Source: an uncultured Bacilli bacterium (GTDB taxonomy: Bacteria > Bacillota_I > Bacilli_A > RF39 > UBA660). Taken from it: a stretch of DNA of 64,000 bases. The stretch spans positions 141,811-205,810 of the forward strand of contig CAJTZU010000002.1 of NCBI GenBank assembly GCA_910584165.1, read 5' to 3'. The translations under genes were made by a program, and so were the position numbers. The number at the start of each line of letters is the position of its first letter. Position 1 is the first letter of the stretch. The notes beneath the pieces are model-generated. The model saw nothing but the letters and a program-made list of their open reading frames with translations. It ran no database searches and was not told the DNA's origin. Positions 17,222 through 27,377 of the stretch are shown one piece after another.

Positions 17222-20200
17222 ATGGCTTATCGGTATCGAAGATATCAAATATTTAGAAAAAAGTTACCTGTACCAAAAGAAGTATTAAAACGTATTTATA
17301 ATAGAAAAGCAACTATAGAAGATATTATTCAATATGATTTAAAAGATAAAGTGCCTACAGATTGTTTAGACTATAAGTATAGTGAGATTTCTGCTATTGT
17401 TGGAATGGAAGTAGCAGTAGCTTTAGATTGGGATACGATTTTACCACTTCAATCTTATCAGTTATTAAATTGGTTTAGAAACAATAGTGCTTCTAGAGCA
17501 TTAGATTGGAATAACTTATTATATAAAACTATTAAAGAAGAGTATTTTAAAAATCTTTTAGATGGAGTTAGCTCTTATGATATGCTGATTTTTAAACTAA
17601 AAGATAGTTATTCTGATTTCCATTTTGAAAGATTAGGAGAAAAGTTTGAAAAAGCAGTGCCAGAACTTTTCTATGCAACTAGTAAAGAGGCAGCTAGTGA
17701 TTTGTTTTCTAAAAGATTTATGATTAATGACTATATAGAGCATTTTAAAGATTATGTGAAAGCTCCAGAGGATATTGTTAAAGATGCTTTTCAAAGTGAT
17801 GTAGATGTTAGGTTATATCAATTTTTAAATCCTTATTTAAAAAGCGGGAATACTTATGAAGAAGAAAAATTATTGGTTCAACTTGTTTTTAGTAGTAGAT
17901 ATCATTATGAATACGAAAAATATTTAGAAATATTAAATTTTAATCCCGGAATAAGTGCTCATGATTTTTTAGAAAAAGCTTGTTTGCAAAGAATAAAAGA
18001 ACAACATTGGCTAAAACCAAATTCTTACTATATTAGTAAGTATAATATGGGAAAAGAGCACAAGTTTTCTTTTGGGCAGAGTATCGATTATGACTCTTTA
18101 TCATTAGTAGATCAATATCCTGAGTATCGAGTTATTTTTTCACAGTTTTTAAATGGGACTTTGAAGTTTACTTCTTCTATTTCCGATTATGATAGTATAG
18201 AAGCTTATGTTGCTTACTTAATACTAGAATTTAATTTGGAATATGATGGAACTTTACCAGAAAAATTTAAGGAATTATATCCAGAACTTTTTATTACATC
18301 CGATTACAATTTAGCAGATGATTTTTACCGAAAAAAATTAACTCCAGAAATGATTCAAAAAAGACCAGTTTATGTTGAACTTTTAAAAGATAAAAAAGTT
18401 TTTCTCGGATTTAAGGAGCAGGATCTGGTAACATTCATTAAAGCTATTGGAAATGATAAGTTTTTTAAGTTTTGTTTAAAATATGGTTCTCATTTGGTTC
18501 CTGTTACTTTAGAAAATGAAAATCAGACTTATGAGGAAAGATTAGAACAAGAGATTATCGATAGTATTGTACAAGGAAAATGTAAGTATCAAGACTTAGA
18601 AGAGGTAGAAAGTATTACTTCTAAAATACCTAATTATTTTTTGGATAATAGTTTTCCAAAAGAATTAAGAGAGCTTTTTTATAGTGGAGAATTAACTCCT
18701 ATTCTATTAAAAAAAAACCAAAAATGGATTCATTTAATGAAAGATAAGGAGCTTTTTACAGCTTTACAATATCTTCACCGAGATTTATATACTGCTGTTG
18801 GAAAAGAGAATTTCTTGATGTTATGCCAAGGTTACGGAACAGTTATTTCAGATATGTATTTTTTTTCTTATCATTTTAAAGATATGTCAGTAGAAGAAAT
18901 TTTAAAAGAGATAGAGGATAAAATTTATAATCGTATCTATCTTTACCGCATCCCTTATGATGACGATATGCCTATTTCTTTTAAAGAAAAGTACCCACAT
19001 CTTTTTTTACCAGAAACGATTAGCGAGGAATTAAGAACAAAATTTTATAGCAGAGAATTAACTCCTTTAGATTTTGAAGAAAATGATTTTCTATTTTCTT
19101 ATTTTGAAAATCTAGATATTGCTTGTTATCTCAAAGAGGAATATCTTTGGCTAGTAGGAAAAGAATTGCAAAATAATAAAGAAAAATTAAAAATTGCAGC
19201 CTTCTATGGAAAAATTCATACGAAAGATCTTCAAGAAATATTTAAAAAAATTGTATTAGAAAATATTAGTACTCTTAATTTTGATAGAATAGATAATTTA
19301 GCTGATTTATTAGTTACACTTTCTTATTCTAATTCTGGTGAAATTAGAAAATGTAGAGCAGAGCTGGCTAATCAGTTAATCAATCTAGAGAATCCAAAAG
19401 AGAAGTTGGAAAGAATCGAAGATATTTTTTTGGCAAATAATCTTCCAACGGTTGGTAAAGTATTTTTAGTATTTCAAACTTTATATCCTGATTTTAGGGG
19501 ATTTGATTTTAGTGAAGATTCTAAAGTATCTCCAATTTTAAAAAGTAAAACAAACCGAAGTAGAGAAGTTATTATTTTTTCAGATTTATTAAAAATAGCA
19601 TTTGGCTCTAATAATAGGTCTATCAAATCTTATTTAGAAAATATTGAAAATGGCTATAGGACATTTTTACAAATTCAAAATGATCGAATTTCTTTAGAGG
19701 AGTTAGAAGAAAGTGAAAGAACTACTTTATCTATTTTTTTAACCCATTTAAATACTTTATATAATAATACAGAGAAAGGAAAAAAAGAGCCTCATAAATT
19801 ATCTAATGATATAAAAAGAGATGTTAATGATTTTGTATCTCTTTATGCAAGTAAAGAGTTGATAGATTATGATTTACCAGATAGAATTATTAAGATGTTT
19901 TGCCATTTTGCCGGTTTTGATAGTTTTGAAAAGGCAAAGGCGTATGCTACTCAAAAACCTATTTTAGCAGATCAAAGAAATAGAAAGTCTTCTAGAAATA
20001 GTTTTCAGTTAACGCAAGGTGATTTTATTAAAGGAATAAGAGATATTAAATATTTAAAGAGCATATTACAAAATGGTTCTTTAGCTGTAGAATTTTTAGG
20101 AGCTTCTGCTGATAAGGATAGCACACCATTAGATACAGATTTATCACGTATATTAAAAGTAGAAAATTCGATTAGTGAAACAGTTTCTAAAACAGAAGCA

Positions 20201-21451
20201 TCAGGTTATGGCTCTATTTATTTAATACTTAAAAATGATGATAGATTCTGTATTACTAGAAGAAGTTCTTCTGAAGAACAGGGTATAGATGAAGTAGATA
20301 TTAACAAGATAGAGGCATTTTATACAGGCGCTACAGGAAAAGATCATTACGGAATTCGCACTGGATTTGCTTCTTCTGAAATTGATTATATTATGACAAA
20401 AGAATATGATGAAAGAATAGGGTTAGAGATTGCCATGAATGGTTTTTATATTCCTGTTGTAGATACTTCTGGTAATTTGATATTTGCTCCAGAGGATTAC
20501 GATTCTTTAAGGAAAAAAATGTCAGGTTTATCTTATTTTGGAGAGAAAGAATATATATTTTCTCAAAATCTGCATTTTGATGGAATAGAAGAAGTAGTGG
20601 AATCTCTTTCTAGAAATGAAGAAGAGGCTCAAATGAAAAGAGAAGTCATAAATCAAAAGGTTTTAGAGGCAATTGATGAAGTGGGTTTGGGTCTTAAAAC
20701 TGTTATTGATGGAAACTTAAAAGAAGGTACTGTTGAACTAATCGATACTGGCTCAACTGGTCGTGGTACTAATTTACCTCAATCTGGAGATTTTGATTTC
20801 ATTATGAGATTAGATAAAAAAATAATAGCTGACACTCACAAAACGAAAATATTAAAAGAAAAAATATTGCAGAAATTGGGAAAAAATAATTTTAATATGA
20901 TAACGAATAGTGGCGATTTTAGATTAAAGGGTGTTCAATTAGAAGGTTTAGAACAAGCTATCGATATTGATATAACTTTTATTGAGAAGACTGATAAGAT
21001 ATCTTATTCTACTGATATGGCTTTAAGAGATAGACTATTTAGTATAAAAAAGCAAGATAAAAGCAAGTACTCTTTGGTTCTTGCCAATCTTTTGCTTGCT
21101 AAAAAGGTATTGAAAGAAGCTAGTGTTTATAAACCAAATCGTGGCGAAGTCGCGCAAGGTGGTTTAGGAGGAGTAGGAATAGAAAATTGGATTCTACAAA
21201 ATGGTGGCTCTTTTTTAGATGCTGCTAGTAGTTTTTTAGAAGCATCAGAAGGAAAAACTTTTCAAGAATTTAAAGCCCATTATAGTATTTGGGATTTTGG
21301 AGAAAATCATTTTACGGATAGAAATGGTGTTTATCCACATGATGAATTTGTTAGAAACAATATGAGCGAAGAAGGATATTTAAAGATGAAACAGGCACTA
21401 GAACATTATCTTAATCAGTTAGGATATTCTTTTAAAAAGAGAAGGAAGTAA
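17222..21451 (+). CDS. Giant protein (about 1410 aa) with a C-terminal Pol-beta-superfamily nucleotidyltransferase domain resembling cGAS/DncV/OAS-like enzymes
   Basis: GSTGRGTNLPQSGDFDFIM (a GS-x-RGT...[DE]h[DE]h motif) plus a third acidic cluster IDIDI about 53 aa downstream. The N-terminal 1100 aa have no known domain; three YP.LF...FY..ELTP repeats occur. ATG 17222 follows GAGGTGA; the track starts at GTG 17213. Confidence 0.65.
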   Translation: MAYRYRRYQIFRKKLPVPKEVLKRIYNRKATIEDIIQYDLKDKVPTDCLDYKYSEISAIVGMEVAVALDWDTILPLQSYQLLNWFRNNSASRALDWNNLLYKTIKEEYFKNLLDGVSSYDMLIFKLKDSYSDFHFERLGEKFEKAVPELFYATSKEAASDLFSKRFMINDYIEHFKDYVKAPEDIVKDAFQSDVDVRLYQFLNPYLKSGNTYEEEKLLVQLVFSSRYHYEYEKYLEILNFNPGISAHDFLEKACLQRIKEQHWLKPNSYYISKYNMGKEHKFSFGQSIDYDSLSLVDQYPEYRVIFSQFLNGTLKFTSSISDYDSIEAYVAYLILEFNLEYDGTLPEKFKELYPELFITSDYNLADDFYRKKLTPEMIQKRPVYVELLKDKKVFLGFKEQDLVTFIKAIGNDKFFKFCLKYGSHLVPVTLENENQTYEERLEQEIIDSIVQGKCKYQDLEEVESITSKIPNYFLDNSFPKELRELFYSGELTPILLKKNQKWIHLMKDKELFTALQYLHRDLYTAVGKENFLMLCQGYGTVISDMYFFSYHFKDMSVEEILKEIEDKIYNRIYLYRIPYDDDMPISFKEKYPHLFLPETISEELRTKFYSRELTPLDFEENDFLFSYFENLDIACYLKEEYLWLVGKELQNNKEKLKIAAFYGKIHTKDLQEIFKKIVLENISTLNFDRIDNLADLLVTLSYSNSGEIRKCRAELANQLINLENPKEKLERIEDIFLANNLPTVGKVFLVFQTLYPDFRGFDFSEDSKVSPILKSKTNRSREVIIFSDLLKIAFGSNNRSIKSYLENIENGYRTFLQIQNDRISLEELEESERTTLSIFLTHLNTLYNNTEKGKKEPHKLSNDIKRDVNDFVSLYASKELIDYDLPDRIIKMFCHFAGFDSFEKAKAYATQKPILADQRNRKSSRNSFQLTQGDFIKGIRDIKYLKSILQNGSLAVEFLGASADKDSTPLDTDLSRILKVENSISETVSKTEASGYGSIYLILKNDDRFCITRRSSSEEQGIDEVDINKIEAFYTGATGKDHYGIRTGFASSEIDYIMTKEYDERIGLEIAMNGFYIPVVDTSGNLIFAPEDYDSLRKKMSGLSYFGEKEYIFSQNLHFDGIEEVVESLSRNEEEAQMKREVINQKVLEAIDEVGLGLKTVIDGNLKEGTVELIDTGSTGRGTNLPQSGDFDFIMRLDKKIIADTHKTKILKEKILQKLGKNNFNMITNSGDFRLKGVQLEGLEQAIDIDITFIEKTDKISYSTDMALRDRLFSIKKQDKSKYSLVLANLLLAKKVLKEASVYKPNRGEVAQGGLGGVGIENWILQNGGSFLDAASSFLEASEGKTFQEFKAHYSIWDFGENHFTDRNGVYPHDEFVRNNMSEEGYLKMKQALEHYLNQLGYSFKKRRK

Positions 21452-21467
21452 ATTTCCTTCCTTTTTT
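21441..21467 (+). terminator. Rho-independent terminator
   Basis: GAAGGAA-...-TTCCTTC hairpin followed by TTTTTT. Confidence 0.65.
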
Positions 21468-21531
21468 ATGATGAAATAAATTGACATATTTTTTCTTTTT
21501 TGGTATAGTATAGACGATTTGGGGGATTAAT

Positions 21532-23352
21532 ATGAAATATAAACTTATAAAAAAAGTTGCATTAGGACTTGCTGCGACAGCAATTATAACAGTAACATCA
21601 GGATGTCAAGAGAAAGAATCAGATATTCCAAAAACAGCAGTTATAGAAACAGGAGAATTTCAAAATGTGTACGAGGATGAACCTACTTTTGATGCAAGTG
21701 GAGAGTCTGTCACTTATAAAGGTCATGTTTATGCTATAGCGCATGATCCATCTACAGAATATGTTACGAATGAATATACTCCAGTTTCTTATGAAAATGG
21801 GATAAATACAAATCAGTTATTTTTTGTAAGAATAAATGGAAATATTTATTTAGCAACTAAATTAGTTGATAAGAATGAGAATAATATTATTTCAAAATAT
21901 TACGAATTAGCTACAGGTAAATTTTTAGGGCAAACTTTGGCTATAAATTGGTATGCTAGAGCAACTTCTAATATTGAGCAAGTTGTTCCTAAGGGTGGAA
22001 AACCAAAAGTATATAGTGCCACCGTTTCTTCGGAACTATTAGATAATAATTATTTTGATGGGGAATATGGTTATGGAAAGAATATTGTGCCAGAAGCGGT
22101 TATTAATGCTTCTTCTGTGATTTCTGATACTAGATTAAGTAAAGAGCAAATAGATGTATTGTTAACAAATACCTTACTTACTACTAGTTATGTAGAAAAT
22201 TATTTGTATGATGGATTAGTATCTATGCCAAAAGAAGATTATTATTTTATTCCGTTAAGATATACGGATGGATTTGGTATAGTTACTTGGGGCTTTTTTG
22301 CAGGCTTTAGAGGTGAAACTTCTTACTATCATAATCAAATGCAGGAGATTACAATAGCATCAGAAGAGGGAGAGAAAACGTTAGTTGGTTACTTTGGAAG
22401 CACTAATAAAAATGATAATGGATATAACTATGTTTATGATATTTCATCTGGAACTTTTGTAGAAGTTTCTAGTTGTAATATTATTAGTAAAAAAGGAATT
22501 GTTTCTAAAATCACAGTAGGAGAAATTAGAAATCGGTTTTTTCCATCTTTAACAGAATCTTATCCTATAGAATCTTTAAAAGTTATCTCAACTAAAAACC
22601 TTGAAGGAGATGATGTATTTGAAGATTACTATATTGTTATGCGTGAAAAGTATGTTAGTGGAGATACTTATAGATATCAGGTTTTGGGGGAAGAAGAATT
22701 TGTATCAGTTGCTGGCGCTTATGATGGAGCTCATTTAGGAATTGCTAAGAATGGTTCTTTTAAATTAACAACAGCAGGAGAATATGATGGAAGGATGATG
22801 CCTTTACAGGAATGTCTTACGAAAAATGGTTTATCTCATTACGAAAAAGAAACTTATACAGATGAAGAACTTACTTTATTACTTGTAAAATTAAGAGAAA
22901 AAGAATTAGATTTAGGAGATAAGCAACCATTAACAGAATCTCGTACAAAAATAAATGCAGAAGATATCATAGTAGTAGATACTACTAAAGAAGATAGTGA
23001 TTATGTACTTGTTGGAAGTGAGCAAAGATATTATGTATTAGTACCTTATGAGATGTCAGAGGAAATACAACAGCAATATCCTAATAGAAAGTACTATGAA
23101 GTTTTTGACCATAGTGCATTATGTGGTTTATCGGTAGAAGAAGGATACTTAAGAATAGATACTCTTGGTCATGATTTTTACTATGTTTATAAGATGGACG
23201 GAGAATTAAAGGGGATATCAACTTTCCATGATGTTTTAGCAGAAAATGGATTAGAAGATTCCGTTAGGGATGGATATTATCCTGCTGATTTACAAATTTT
23301 AGTAAATAAGCTTAATAATAAAGGAAAAGAATATATTAAGAAAGCTCAATAA
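21532..23352 (+). CDS. Lipoprotein (606 aa) of unknown function
   Basis: Signal peptide with a lipobox (LAATAIITVTSGC). Asn/Tyr/Gly-rich body. Confidence 0.7.
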   Translation: MKYKLIKKVALGLAATAIITVTSGCQEKESDIPKTAVIETGEFQNVYEDEPTFDASGESVTYKGHVYAIAHDPSTEYVTNEYTPVSYENGINTNQLFFVRINGNIYLATKLVDKNENNIISKYYELATGKFLGQTLAINWYARATSNIEQVVPKGGKPKVYSATVSSELLDNNYFDGEYGYGKNIVPEAVINASSVISDTRLSKEQIDVLLTNTLLTTSYVENYLYDGLVSMPKEDYYFIPLRYTDGFGIVTWGFFAGFRGETSYYHNQMQEITIASEEGEKTLVGYFGSTNKNDNGYNYVYDISSGTFVEVSSCNIISKKGIVSKITVGEIRNRFFPSLTESYPIESLKVISTKNLEGDDVFEDYYIVMREKYVSGDTYRYQVLGEEEFVSVAGAYDGAHLGIAKNGSFKLTTAGEYDGRMMPLQECLTKNGLSHYEKETYTDEELTLLLVKLREKELDLGDKQPLTESRTKINAEDIIVVDTTKEDSDYVLVGSEQRYYVLVPYEMSEEIQQQYPNRKYYEVFDHSALCGLSVEEGYLRIDTLGHDFYYVYKMDGELKGISTFHDVLAENGLEDSVRDGYYPADLQILVNKLNNKGKEYIKKAQ

Positions 23353-23377
23353 AAAGACTAGTTAGGGTCTTTTTTTG
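23353..23377 (+). terminator. Rho-independent terminator
   Basis: AAAGAC-...-GTCTTT hairpin followed by TTTTTT. Confidence 0.5.
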
Positions 23378-23455
23378 TAAAGTAATTTTATTATATTGAA
23401 ATTATCCTTTTTTGATGAAATTTATGGTATAATAAATAAAAATAGGAGGAACTGT

Positions 23456-25882
23456 ATGAATAATGTAAGAGAAATAGTCAGTTTAATTAATAATAGTGGT
23501 AAATATTATGGTGATTTTAGAGCTTGCTCAGAAGTTAGAAATGAAATGAACCAAGCGGATGTTTATGGGGAACTTGGCTTTTATTTAAATTATGCAAACA
23601 TTCATACAGAAGAAGAAAAACAGGCTTTTTTAGAAATATTAAAGTCATGTAGTTTTTCTCCTTGCCTTAGTATAGATGCCATATATTTAAATAATCCAGA
23701 AGTTATGGAAGCAATAAAAAATTCTGATACTATAAGAGAGATTAGAATTATTAATGAAGGATATAAAATAACTCGTGATGTTTTTAATCAATTTCGTAAT
23801 AAAAATATAGCAATTGTTTGTGATGAAGCATCAGAAGATTTAGAAGAAGAGATTAGAAAAGGATTATTATATAATCTTCATCTTCAAAAAGGAATTTATA
23901 AAAGAGAATTTAATCTTTTCCGTGGTAACAGTAATTATGGCTTTTTTATTGATAGAGAGTTAACAGATTCAGAATTAAATACCTTTGTTTCTGAGGTAAA
24001 TAAAGTAGCAGAATATTATTCTGCAATTGTTAGTTTAAGAGTATATGATCCTAAAAAATATAAAAATTTTATATCTCGTCTTCAAATGGCAGGATTGAAT
24101 GACAATGTAACTATTCAGTTTTTAGGAAACCCTCTTTATGATAAAGAAGAAGATTATAAAGGATTAGATGCTCTTTCTAATAATCCGATTAGTATTATAT
24201 ATGACACTTGTAGTGATATGATTGATCAGTATCAAACAGAACCTTTCACTGTAGATAATTCCCATTGCTCGGAGTTAGAAGGTGGAGGAACTACTACATT
24301 TGACTCTTATTTTCATACAATAAAAATGCTAAGTGAGCAAGAAAGGCATATTAAAGAAAAAGATTACAGTCCTTTAGAGACTATGGTGTATGGATATCGT
24401 TATCTACAACAAAATTATGCCTATGATCCTAATATTGATGAAACAGATGCGATTAGTTATTTGACGAATAGGCAATTAGATGCTGTAGCTAATAGAAAAA
24501 CCATAGTTTGTGTGGGTTATGCTACTTTGTATTCTGCTTTAATGAGAAGATGTGGTTTACCAGTATTTAGATATGCAACAGATGAGCATGTTAGAAATAT
24601 AGGTAGATTAGTTGATCCAAAATATGGTATTGATGCGATTGGTGTTATTGACCCCACTTGGGATTGCTCCTCTTTCGAAAATGGAAGATTTGTTGAAAAG
24701 GATAACTTTAACTATTTTATGTTTTCTCCTAAGCAAATAGATAGATTAGACAGTTATGTAACAATTCCGTATAGCTTAGTAATCGATAATGATGCTCAAA
24801 TTGATTCTTTTCCATATTCAGATTGTTATAAATTACTTCCAAGATACTTTAGTGCGGTATCTAGAGATCCAATTGAAGTTTATCGGGACCCTATTTATTT
24901 CCCTGAGGGGTATGCAAGTACTATGTTAGAGCTTATGGGATTTGATTTATCTAAGATATCATCACCGGAAGAATATAAAGAATTTTTAAGAAGTTTAAAT
25001 AAAACTTCAATATTTAATAGAGTACAAAGTGAAACTATAGGAGAGGCTTATAAGAAAGTTATAGAAACAGAGCATCCAAAAAGGCTTCCTATAATTATAC
25101 AAAGTCTTGTTTCTAAGATGAAAATAAACAGAGATTTAAATCATTTGCCACATAAACCATTAAAAGCTCATATTATGGGTGTTCCCGAATTAGAACAAGT
25201 TCCATGTATTTATGATTTCGAAGAAACTCTAAACATTGAAGACTTTAATAAAAAAGAAGATATAACTATAGAAGAACCAATTCTGGTGGCAGATTTTGAG
25301 GAAATCTCTCCTGCAAATTCTTTTGTATATGATTGGGAGTCCTTACCAGACGATGAATATTTAAGTGCAGAAGATAGTTTAAAATTAGCACAAGAAAGAG
25401 GAATGGCATTAGTCTCTGGTGGAAGATATCACATTAATTACTTAACAGATGAAGAAAAGAAAAGATATCATATAGTCCAAAAAATAGATTGGGAGTCCTT
25501 ACCAGATGATGAATATTTAAGCGCAGAAGATAGTTTAAAATTAGCACAAGAAAGAGGAATGGCATTAATCACTGGAGGAAGATACCATATCAGTTATTTA
25601 ACAAAAGAAGAGAAGAAAAGATATGGAGTAGCACAAAAAATAGATTGGAAATCTTTACCAGATGATGAATATTTAAGTGCTGAGGATAGTTTGAGATTAG
25701 CACAAGAAAGAGGAATGGTATTGACTCCTGGAGGAAGATACCATATTAGTTATCTAACAGAAGAAGAAAAGAAAAGATATAAGGTCGCAGCTGCTGACGA
25801 AGATCAAGATGGAGTTAAAATGGAGTTAGATTTTGGTCTTCAAATACCTTCTTCTGAAATGGATGGCGGAATGTCTCTTTGA
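23456..25882 (+). CDS. Transglutaminase-like cysteine peptidase superfamily protein with three C-terminal 52-aa tandem repeats
   Basis: TGase core CVGYATLYSALMRRCGLP (Cys), DEHV (His) and IDPTWD (Asp). ATG 23456 follows AGGAGGAA; the track ORF starts at 23396. Confidence 0.7.
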   Translation: MNNVREIVSLINNSGKYYGDFRACSEVRNEMNQADVYGELGFYLNYANIHTEEEKQAFLEILKSCSFSPCLSIDAIYLNNPEVMEAIKNSDTIREIRIINEGYKITRDVFNQFRNKNIAIVCDEASEDLEEEIRKGLLYNLHLQKGIYKREFNLFRGNSNYGFFIDRELTDSELNTFVSEVNKVAEYYSAIVSLRVYDPKKYKNFISRLQMAGLNDNVTIQFLGNPLYDKEEDYKGLDALSNNPISIIYDTCSDMIDQYQTEPFTVDNSHCSELEGGGTTTFDSYFHTIKMLSEQERHIKEKDYSPLETMVYGYRYLQQNYAYDPNIDETDAISYLTNRQLDAVANRKTIVCVGYATLYSALMRRCGLPVFRYATDEHVRNIGRLVDPKYGIDAIGVIDPTWDCSSFENGRFVEKDNFNYFMFSPKQIDRLDSYVTIPYSLVIDNDAQIDSFPYSDCYKLLPRYFSAVSRDPIEVYRDPIYFPEGYASTMLELMGFDLSKISSPEEYKEFLRSLNKTSIFNRVQSETIGEAYKKVIETEHPKRLPIIIQSLVSKMKINRDLNHLPHKPLKAHIMGVPELEQVPCIYDFEETLNIEDFNKKEDITIEEPILVADFEEISPANSFVYDWESLPDDEYLSAEDSLKLAQERGMALVSGGRYHINYLTDEEKKRYHIVQKIDWESLPDDEYLSAEDSLKLAQERGMALITGGRYHISYLTKEEKKRYGVAQKIDWKSLPDDEYLSAEDSLRLAQERGMVLTPGGRYHISYLTEEEKKRYKVAAADEDQDGVKMELDFGLQIPSSEMDGGMSL
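25331..25798 (+). repeat. 3 x 156-bp near-identical in-frame tandem repeats, encoding WESLPDDEYLSAEDSLKLAQERGMAL..GGRYHI.YLT.EEKKRY
   Basis: Repeat copies start at 25331, 25487 and 25643 with about 90% nucleotide identity. Confidence 0.85.
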
Positions 25883-25902
25883 TTTATAATTTTTAGATAA
25901 TA

Positions 25903-25931
25903 AAAGCAAGATAATGTCATCTTGCTTTTTT
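25903..25931. terminator. Bidirectional terminator between convergent genes
   Basis: AAAGCAAGAT-...-ATCTTGCTTT hairpin with flanking T/A runs. Confidence 0.65.
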
Positions 25932-27255
25932 AAATTTTTCTTTTTATTTTCCCTATTCCTGGTTCATTTTTAGTTCTATAAACTACCTCAGGAACAGATT
26001 CTAAATATGCAGATTGTAATAAAGCTTTATCTTGTTCTTCGATTTGTTTTTTATTTGGACACTTTACCATAAATTCATTCGTAGTAAAACGGCATATAGT
26101 AGAAAAATAACTATGCATATCATCTTTATAGAAAAGCTTTCCTATAAGAGGTTTTGATAAGAAGTCTTTTCTTTGCGCCTCTATTAATGGAATCATGTGC
26201 TCTTGATAATAAATTCCATTTTTTTGATGTTCTTCATCACTCATAAAAAATTCTGTTTCTGATTTTAAAGTAGGAACATTTCTTCCATAACAATAAACAG
26301 ATAAATTAGGATTATGTATTCTTACTCTTTCTAATAATTCTATATTTCCTTTAATATCATCTATAGTTTCTGTTGGATAACAAATAAGGAAAATAGTTTC
26401 TATAAAAATATCTGGTCTAAACATAGAAATAGTATTTAATATTTCAAATGCTCTTTCTGCTGTATTACCTCTTCCCATTTTTTTTAATAAATCATTACTC
26501 ATACATTGAATTGGTATCATAACTCTTTTGATTTTTTGATTTCTAATAATTTCTTTTAATAGTTCATTTGAAATTTCATCAGGACTTAAAGAGTCTAAAA
26601 GAATGGTATCAATTTCTTTAATAGAACTTACTTTTCTAATTAATTCTATTAAGCTATCATTAGGGCCTAAATCCTTTCCATAAGAAGAAACATTAAGACC
26701 AGTTAATAAAACTTCACTAACCCCATCTTCGATAGCAAAGAATTCTATTGTTTTTACAATACTATCCATAGGTATACTTTTTAAATGGAGGTTTAGATAA
26801 TTACTTTTACAAAAAGTACATCTTTTATTACAACCATCTTCTACAACAACATTTAAGCGGTGCGGAAATCGAAATTCAACTCCCAAACCCGGAAAGTTCA
26901 ATTCTTCTGTTTGTTTATTTTCTAAATATTCTACAATTTCTAATTGCATTCCTTGTCCAGTATGTTTTCCAAGAAAGTCAATATTAGGGTTATTTTCAAA
27001 ATACTGATAAAATCCAGGATAAGCAGTAGAGCATCCAAAAACAGCTAGAGACTGATTTCCTTTTTTAGATGCGATTAATTCAGATATATCTTCAGCAGAT
27101 GTTTCAATTCTATCAGAAGTATAGGCACATCCTATATAACAAATGATATCTGCTTTTTCTCTTTCTCTAGTGATTTCAAAACTATTAGAAAGTTTTAAAG
27201 CAGAGATATAACTTCTAGAAATGTCACAACAACGAGTATCGAAAAAGACTTTCAT
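25930..27255 (-). CDS. Radical SAM protein, MiaB/RimO-like methylthiotransferase family
   Basis: CNKRCTFC (CxxxCxxC) radical SAM cluster motif. The N-terminal Cys-containing MTTase-like domain is KVFFDTRCC...ADIICYIGCAYT. Confidence 0.65.
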   Translation of the reverse strand: MKVFFDTRCCDISRSYISALKLSNSFEITREREKADIICYIGCAYTSDRIETSAEDISELIASKKGNQSLAVFGCSTAYPGFYQYFENNPNIDFLGKHTGQGMQLEIVEYLENKQTEELNFPGLGVEFRFPHRLNVVVEDGCNKRCTFCKSNYLNLHLKSIPMDSIVKTIEFFAIEDGVSEVLLTGLNVSSYGKDLGPNDSLIELIRKVSSIKEIDTILLDSLSPDEISNELLKEIIRNQKIKRVMIPIQCMSNDLLKKMGRGNTAERAFEILNTISMFRPDIFIETIFLICYPTETIDDIKGNIELLERVRIHNPNLSVYCYGRNVPTLKSETEFFMSDEEHQKNGIYYQEHMIPLIEAQRKDFLSKPLIGKLFYKDDMHSYFSTICRFTTNEFMVKCPNKKQIEEQDKALLQSAYLESVPEVVYRTKNEPGIGKIKRKI

Positions 27256-27377
27256 AATAACCCTCCTAAGAAATGGTGCTATTATATCACAATCTATTTA
27301 AAATTGGTAATTTGGAAAAAAGGAAACATAGACTTCATGGCCTGAATTTGATAAAATATTTGAATAGAGGTGTGCTC

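Noticed and set aside
17222-25882. Calling the NTase locus a CBASS system.
   Set aside because: No recognisable CBASS effector (patatin, endonuclease, TM, TIR, etc.) or Cap2/Cap3-type ancillary genes are adjacent. Only the NTase-like motif supports it, so it is reported as an uncharacterised NTase module instead.
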